From IMG/VR virus record IMGVR_UViG_3300012347_000366, positions 64,001 through 101,641 of that record: a stretch of DNA of 37,641 nt. One strand, written 5' to 3'. This stretch comes from a virus (lineage: Duplodnaviria > Heunggongvirae > Uroviricota > Caudoviricetes). The translations under genes and the position numbers were made by a program. The notes under the pieces were generated by a model, which was given only the letters and a program-made list of their open reading frames with translations, did no database searches and was not told the origin of the DNA. Below are positions 34,188-37,641 of this stretch, piece after piece. Every line of letters begins with the position of its first letter. Position 1 is the stretch's first letter.

Positions 34188-34258
34188 CGCGGGGAGTCAG
34201 GGTAGAGGCAAGCCTCATAAGCTCCGCCTGGAAGGTTCGAGTCCTTCCCCCGCAACCA
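34188..34258 (+). tRNA. Initiator-type tRNA-Met(CAT), truncated D-arm
   Basis: CGCGGGG start, C1:A72 mismatch, loop CTCATAA, T-arm, CCA; only 71 nt. Confidence 0.75.
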
Positions 34259-34555
34259 GTATGGCCCTCTAGCAACTTCGGTTGAGCTAGTAAAAACGGC
34301 GGTTGGCCTGCCACCATATTTTGACAATAGATACGATTGCTTATCTGAGGAAACTCGCCGGTGTATCCCGTCTATGTGTGGATATAAGCACCATGCTACA
34401 TTGTCATTGCAGGCTTGTAAACAAATCAGTGCCAATACCACTGTCCTGCGTCCGTTGAAGCGAAAACAAGATGGGCTGCTCTCACGGGGTTTGATGTTTC
34501 CTGACACAAAAATAACACACAGGTACCAGTGCAGTTGCAATGATTAAGATTGCAC

Positions 34556-34630
34556 GGACATATAGCACAGCGGTAGTGCAGCGTCTTCATACGGCGTTGG
34601 TCGCTAGTTCGAATCTAGCTATGTCCACCA
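34556..34630 (+). tRNA. tRNA-Met(CAT) elongator (or Ile2)
   Basis: Cloverleaf, loop TTCATAC, CCA. Confidence 0.9.
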
Positions 34631-34763
34631 CTAAAAATTCAGACTTGTTTTGTATATCAAAAGTCTGTATAATTAATGTTTTAGCGGCAAGAACAATAAT
34701 ACAATGAACAGATTCTGAAATTTGTACTTGTTCTTGCCACTATTTTCAAGTATAATTTATACT

Positions 34764-34946
34764 TAAATTAAACACTTTGGCTATAGTGATAGAAGCCAGT
34801 TACTTCATAACTCGAGCTGTATGCCCTTGTGGCACACAAAAGGTGGTAGCCACACACTTTAAACCGTGCAAACGTCTTAGGTGATGTAGACGCTAAACAA
34901 TTCCAGAAACTGCTTTCGCAGGTTCTTAGCCAGTGTGTTTAATTTA
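34764..34946 (+). ncRNA. Stem-enclosed RNA upstream of Ro60 gene (Y-RNA candidate)
   Basis: Begins just after promoter -10 at 34751; about 20-bp closing stem; CCAGTTACTTC motif. Confidence 0.55.
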
Positions 34947-34983
34947 GGTATAGTATCTTTCTTACTTATTTACAAGGAATCAA

Positions 34984-36294
34984 ATGTCTTCTATCAATCG
35001 TGTTGTGCGTAAGCCTGCTTTTAATTCAGTGGGTACGCAAGTGTCCAATGTTAATGCAGAACGCCAGCTAAAGCGTGTTACTCTTGCAGCTATGCTGTGG
35101 GAAAAGCAGTTTTATATGGACGGTAAAACTCATGCAGAATTGGTAAAGGACCTTGTTGCTAAAGTGTCGCCTGAAAAGGTTTCTGCTTTAGCTGAGGAAG
35201 CCCGTACGAAATTCAAACTTCGTCACATTCCTCTGCTGCTTGTTCGTGAACTTGCACGTCACGGTAAAATGCAAGCAAACGCTCTAACTTCGGTTATTCA
35301 GCGTCCAGACGAAATGTCTGAGTTCTTGTCAATTTATTGGCAAGAAGGCAAAACTGCTGTATCCAACCAAGTCAAAAAAGGCTTGGCAGCTTGTTTTAAC
35401 AAGTTCAACGAATACCAGCTTGCCAAATGGAACAAGAACTCTAACGCAATTCGTTTGCGCGATGTGATGTTCTTGAGCCACCCTAAACCGCAAAATGCTG
35501 ACCAAGCTGCACTTTTTAAGCGTATTGCCTCAGATCAGTTGGAAACACCAGATACCTGGGAAACTCAACTTAGTGCGGGTGCAGATAAGTGTGGTACGTT
35601 TACTCGTCTTATGACTGAGAAGAAACTAGGTGCTCTAGCTTTCTTGCGTAATCTGCGAAATATGCGCGACAGTGGTGTATCGGATTCCCTTATCCGAGCT
35701 TATGCACAAACTGTTGACGTTAGCCGTGTTTTGCCTTTCCGCTATATTGCGGCGGCTCGTATTGTCCCACAATACGAAGACATGCTAGAATCAATGATGT
35801 TTCGCAGTCTTGCGAATCATCAAAAAATTCCTGGTAAAACCGTGTTATTGATCGACGTAAGTGGCTCAATGTTCGGTACTCCAATCTCACAAAAATCAGA
35901 TCTAGAACGATTTGATGCGGCAGCAGCACTTGCTATGTTGTGCCGTGAAGTATGTGAGACTGTTGAGATTTATAGCTTTAGTAATAATGCTGTGCGTGTA
36001 GCACCTCGTCGTGGATTTGCTCTCCGCGAAGCAATCTCTAGTTCTCAAAGTCATGGTGGAACCGCCCTGGGCGCTTCCATGAAGACTGTAGACGGCATCA
36101 GTCAATATGACCGTTGCATTGTGTTTACTGATGAACAAAGCTATGATCGCCCAGGTGCTCCTCGTGGCAAAGGTTACATTGTTAATGTGGCCAGCTACCA
36201 AAACGGAGTTAACCACCAAGCATGGACTGAGATCAATGGTTTCTCAGAAGCTGTAATTGATTACATCCAAGCATTGGAGCAGGAAGCTGCTTAA
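34984..36294 (+). CDS. rsr: Ro60/Rsr TROVE-domain RNA-binding protein with vWA domain
   Basis: LWEKQFY.DG, KLRHIPL, IQRPDE, LRDVMFLSHPKP, TWETQLS, LGALAFLRNLRNM, RVLPFRY, LLIDVSGSM, GGT, VFTDEQ, VNVASYQNG. Confidence 0.93.
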   Translation: MSSINRVVRKPAFNSVGTQVSNVNAERQLKRVTLAAMLWEKQFYMDGKTHAELVKDLVAKVSPEKVSALAEEARTKFKLRHIPLLLVRELARHGKMQANALTSVIQRPDEMSEFLSIYWQEGKTAVSNQVKKGLAACFNKFNEYQLAKWNKNSNAIRLRDVMFLSHPKPQNADQAALFKRIASDQLETPDTWETQLSAGADKCGTFTRLMTEKKLGALAFLRNLRNMRDSGVSDSLIRAYAQTVDVSRVLPFRYIAAARIVPQYEDMLESMMFRSLANHQKIPGKTVLLIDVSGSMFGTPISQKSDLERFDAAAALAMLCREVCETVEIYSFSNNAVRVAPRRGFALREAISSSQSHGGTALGASMKTVDGISQYDRCIVFTDEQSYDRPGAPRGKGYIVNVASYQNGVNHQAWTEINGFSEAVIDYIQALEQEAA

Positions 36295-36356
36295 GTTACT
36301 TACCCACGACCCAAGCCTGTAGCCAGTCAGGTGTTATAAAGGTGGGGCTCTAAGCT

Positions 36357-36453
36357 AAGGGCTTAGAATAGCATATGGTGCTCTAGTACAGTTACTTCTA
36401 TTTGGTTTGAAAACACACTGTACTTAATTTTTCCTATGTTATTCTAAGCCCTT
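36357..36453 (+). ncRNA. Y-RNA-like element B
   Basis: 19-bp terminal stem, internal loop, AGTACAGT/ACTGTACT stem, GTTACTTC motif. Confidence 0.65.
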
Positions 36454-36519
36454 TGCGCTTTTATCGGTTACTTCTAGACTTTTAATCTAACCAAATCGCC
36501 GATAATACTTATTCAAGGG
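36449..36519 (+). ncRNA. Y-RNA-like element C with tRNA-Lys anticodon-arm mimic
   Basis: TTATCGG/CCGATAA stem, GGTTACTTC, TAGA-CTTTTAA-TCTA. Confidence 0.6.
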
Positions 36520-36530
36520 CTACTTTTTAT

Positions 36531-36657
36531 TGCTTTGGCGATAGTTACAGTTTCATCATAAGTTCGATTCTTATATTACGAGCATTTCGTTATTCGCCAA
36601 GTGGTATGGCACCGGGTGTTAAACCCCGGCAAACTCTGTAACGACTAATTCCAAGCA
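36531..36657 (+). ncRNA. YrlA-like RNA: circularly permuted tRNA on a terminal stem
   Basis: T-arm 36558-74, closed acceptor 36575-93, D-arm 36596-610, anticodon-like arm 36612-29, closing stems GTTACAG/CTGTAAC and TGCTTTGG/CCAAGCA. Confidence 0.75.
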
Positions 36658-36668
36658 TTTTATTCCAT

Positions 36669-36742
36669 GCGTCCCTGGTGTAATGGCAGCACGGCGGTCT
36701 CCAAAACCGTTAGTCAGAGTTCGAATCTCTGGGGGCGTGCCA
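36669..36742 (+). tRNA. tRNA-Trp(CCA)
   Basis: Loop CTCCAAA, G73, CCA. Confidence 0.95.
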
Positions 36743-36805
36743 AAATTTAAATTTGAATCTGTTTGCAATATGGGTTATAATTATTCTTTACAGCAAGGAA
36801 TAGCA

Positions 36806-37018
36806 ATGACAGCATTAGATTCAATTTCCAAACCTCTTGTAATCATGCCAGCATATGGTAGAACTTACAAAAACCGAGAAGAAGTTGTTGAAGCCTGGAA
36901 GTCTGGAAAAGATTTCAAGGTTGTTGGCGGCCCTTACTGTTCGATCAGAGATCTAGCAAAATTAGGTTGCAGTTCAGTTTGGATTGACTTAGTTACTTCG
37001 ATGATTAGGGTTGAATAA
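36806..37018 (+). CDS. Hypothetical 70-aa protein
   Basis: Promoter + AAGGA SD; PAYGR.YK...V...W..GKDF...GGPYCSIRD. Confidence 0.7.
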   Translation: MTALDSISKPLVIMPAYGRTYKNREEVVEAWKSGKDFKVVGGPYCSIRDLAKLGCSSVWIDLVTSMIRVE

Positions 37019-37067
37019 ATTTAGACTTGTTGTATCAATCAAAACTTGATATAATTATCTTTTAAAC

Positions 37068-37153
37068 GGAGAAGATGTTCTAATGGTAGGACAGCGGATT
37101 GTAAATCCGTGGCCTCACGAGGCAAGTGGGTTCGATCCCCTCCTTCTCCACCA
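37068..37153 (+). tRNA. tRNA-Tyr(GTA)
   Basis: Class II, loop TTGTAAA, CCA. Confidence 0.93.
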
Positions 37154-37159
37154 ATTTAT

Positions 37160-37243
37160 GCGACTGTGGTGGAATGGTATACACAGCAGACTTAAAATCT
37201 GCCGCTTAATTGATTAAGGGTTCAAGTCCCTTCAGTCGTACCA
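37160..37243 (+). tRNA. tRNA-Leu(TAA)
   Basis: Class II, loop CTTAAAA, CCA. Confidence 0.95.
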
Positions 37244-37418
37244 AGGCAAATAGTATTGCTGTAGTGGCGGTACTCAACGTTTGGTAGTTTCAATGGGTGC
37301 TATAGAAACTGCCACCAATCATATCAGTTTAGTCTAGTAAGGAAAGTAAACGGAGAATGGGCAAGTAAGCGCACTCTAAAGCGCAAGCTAGATACCTCAC
37401 CGGCTAGACAATTTATCT

Positions 37419-37493
37419 GGTCTTAAAGTGTTCATGGACGCACACAGCACTGTCACTGCTGTAGAAGGGGATCGTTACCCCTTAAGACCGCCA
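37419..37493 (+). tRNA. tRNA-Asp(GTC)
   Basis: Loop CTGTCAC, G73, atypical T-loop ATCGTTA, CCA. Confidence 0.9.
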
Positions 37494-37641
37494 AATTGCA
37501 TTAGCTAGTTGAGTACTACCCTGGCATCGAGTATCTCAGGCTCTAGCAATTACCTAGTGCTACAAAACCCTACCTTAGGTCCGTGTCGTTCCGGTTAGAG
37601 CGTCCGTAACTCATCCGTTGGATACGATAAGTCCAAGCTGG

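Noticed and set aside
34338-34360. CTGAGGAAACTC as hammerhead or RNase P core
   Set aside because: No stem II between CUGANGA and GAAA, and no complementary P4 strand nearby
719-34540. Many short opposite-strand or alternate-frame ORFs in the six-frame track (for example 719-919, 4369-4587, 17429-18037, 23562-23927, 32307-32495, 34184-34540)
   Set aside because: They overlap well-supported genes or tRNAs, lack SD or promoter support, and show no recognisable motifs
36303-36350. GACCCAAGCC resembling a twister ribozyme segment
   Set aside because: Flanking P1/P2 helices and the UAA cleavage loop could not be built

Overview
This window comes from a T5-like (Demerecviridae-related) tailed phage, read across the probable terminal-repeat junction. 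(1) 1-6115, minus strand: head and packaging module with TerS, TerL, a T5-type nicking/HNH-like nuclease, portal and a fused prohead protease-major capsid ORF. A GIY-YIG nuclease gene is inserted on the opposite strand. (2) About 6330-13250, plus strand: AT-rich pre-early (first-step-transfer-like) region with a Dmp-like HAD phosphatase, three A2-like DNA-binding proteins, two HEXXH/SprT-like proteins, a DEDDh exonuclease and small membrane proteins. No A1 gene is recognisable. The region is punctuated by a repeated antisense promoter-plus-hairpin module. (3) About 13250-14780: 1.5 kb without credible genes, holding candidate ncRNAs and clustered repeats. (4) 14780-26600, minus strand: early genes (fourth A2 paralog, MazG-like, HD/alarmone-hydrolase-like, ThyX, metallophosphoesterase, cell-wall hydrolase, many small hypotheticals). 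(5) 26900-37641, plus strand: DUF5664 dNTP diphosphohydrolase, UvsE, LMW-phosphatase-like protein, a fifth A2-like gene, then 17 tRNA genes interleaved with many structured non-tRNA RNAs and a Ro60/TROVE gene flanked by Y-RNA-like elements. Best leads: the Ro60 locus with several Y-like RNAs, one being a circularly permuted tRNA and others showing anticodon-loop look-alikes; a 164-nt tRNA-like RNA enclosing a tmRNA-like tag frame; six antisense TTGACA-N18-TATAAT modules; a candidate 550-nt ncRNA; and a GACCCTAA motif cluster. All protein assignments come from motif recognition and recalled resemblance to T5 proteins. No database searches or folding programs were run, and motif counts were made by eye.
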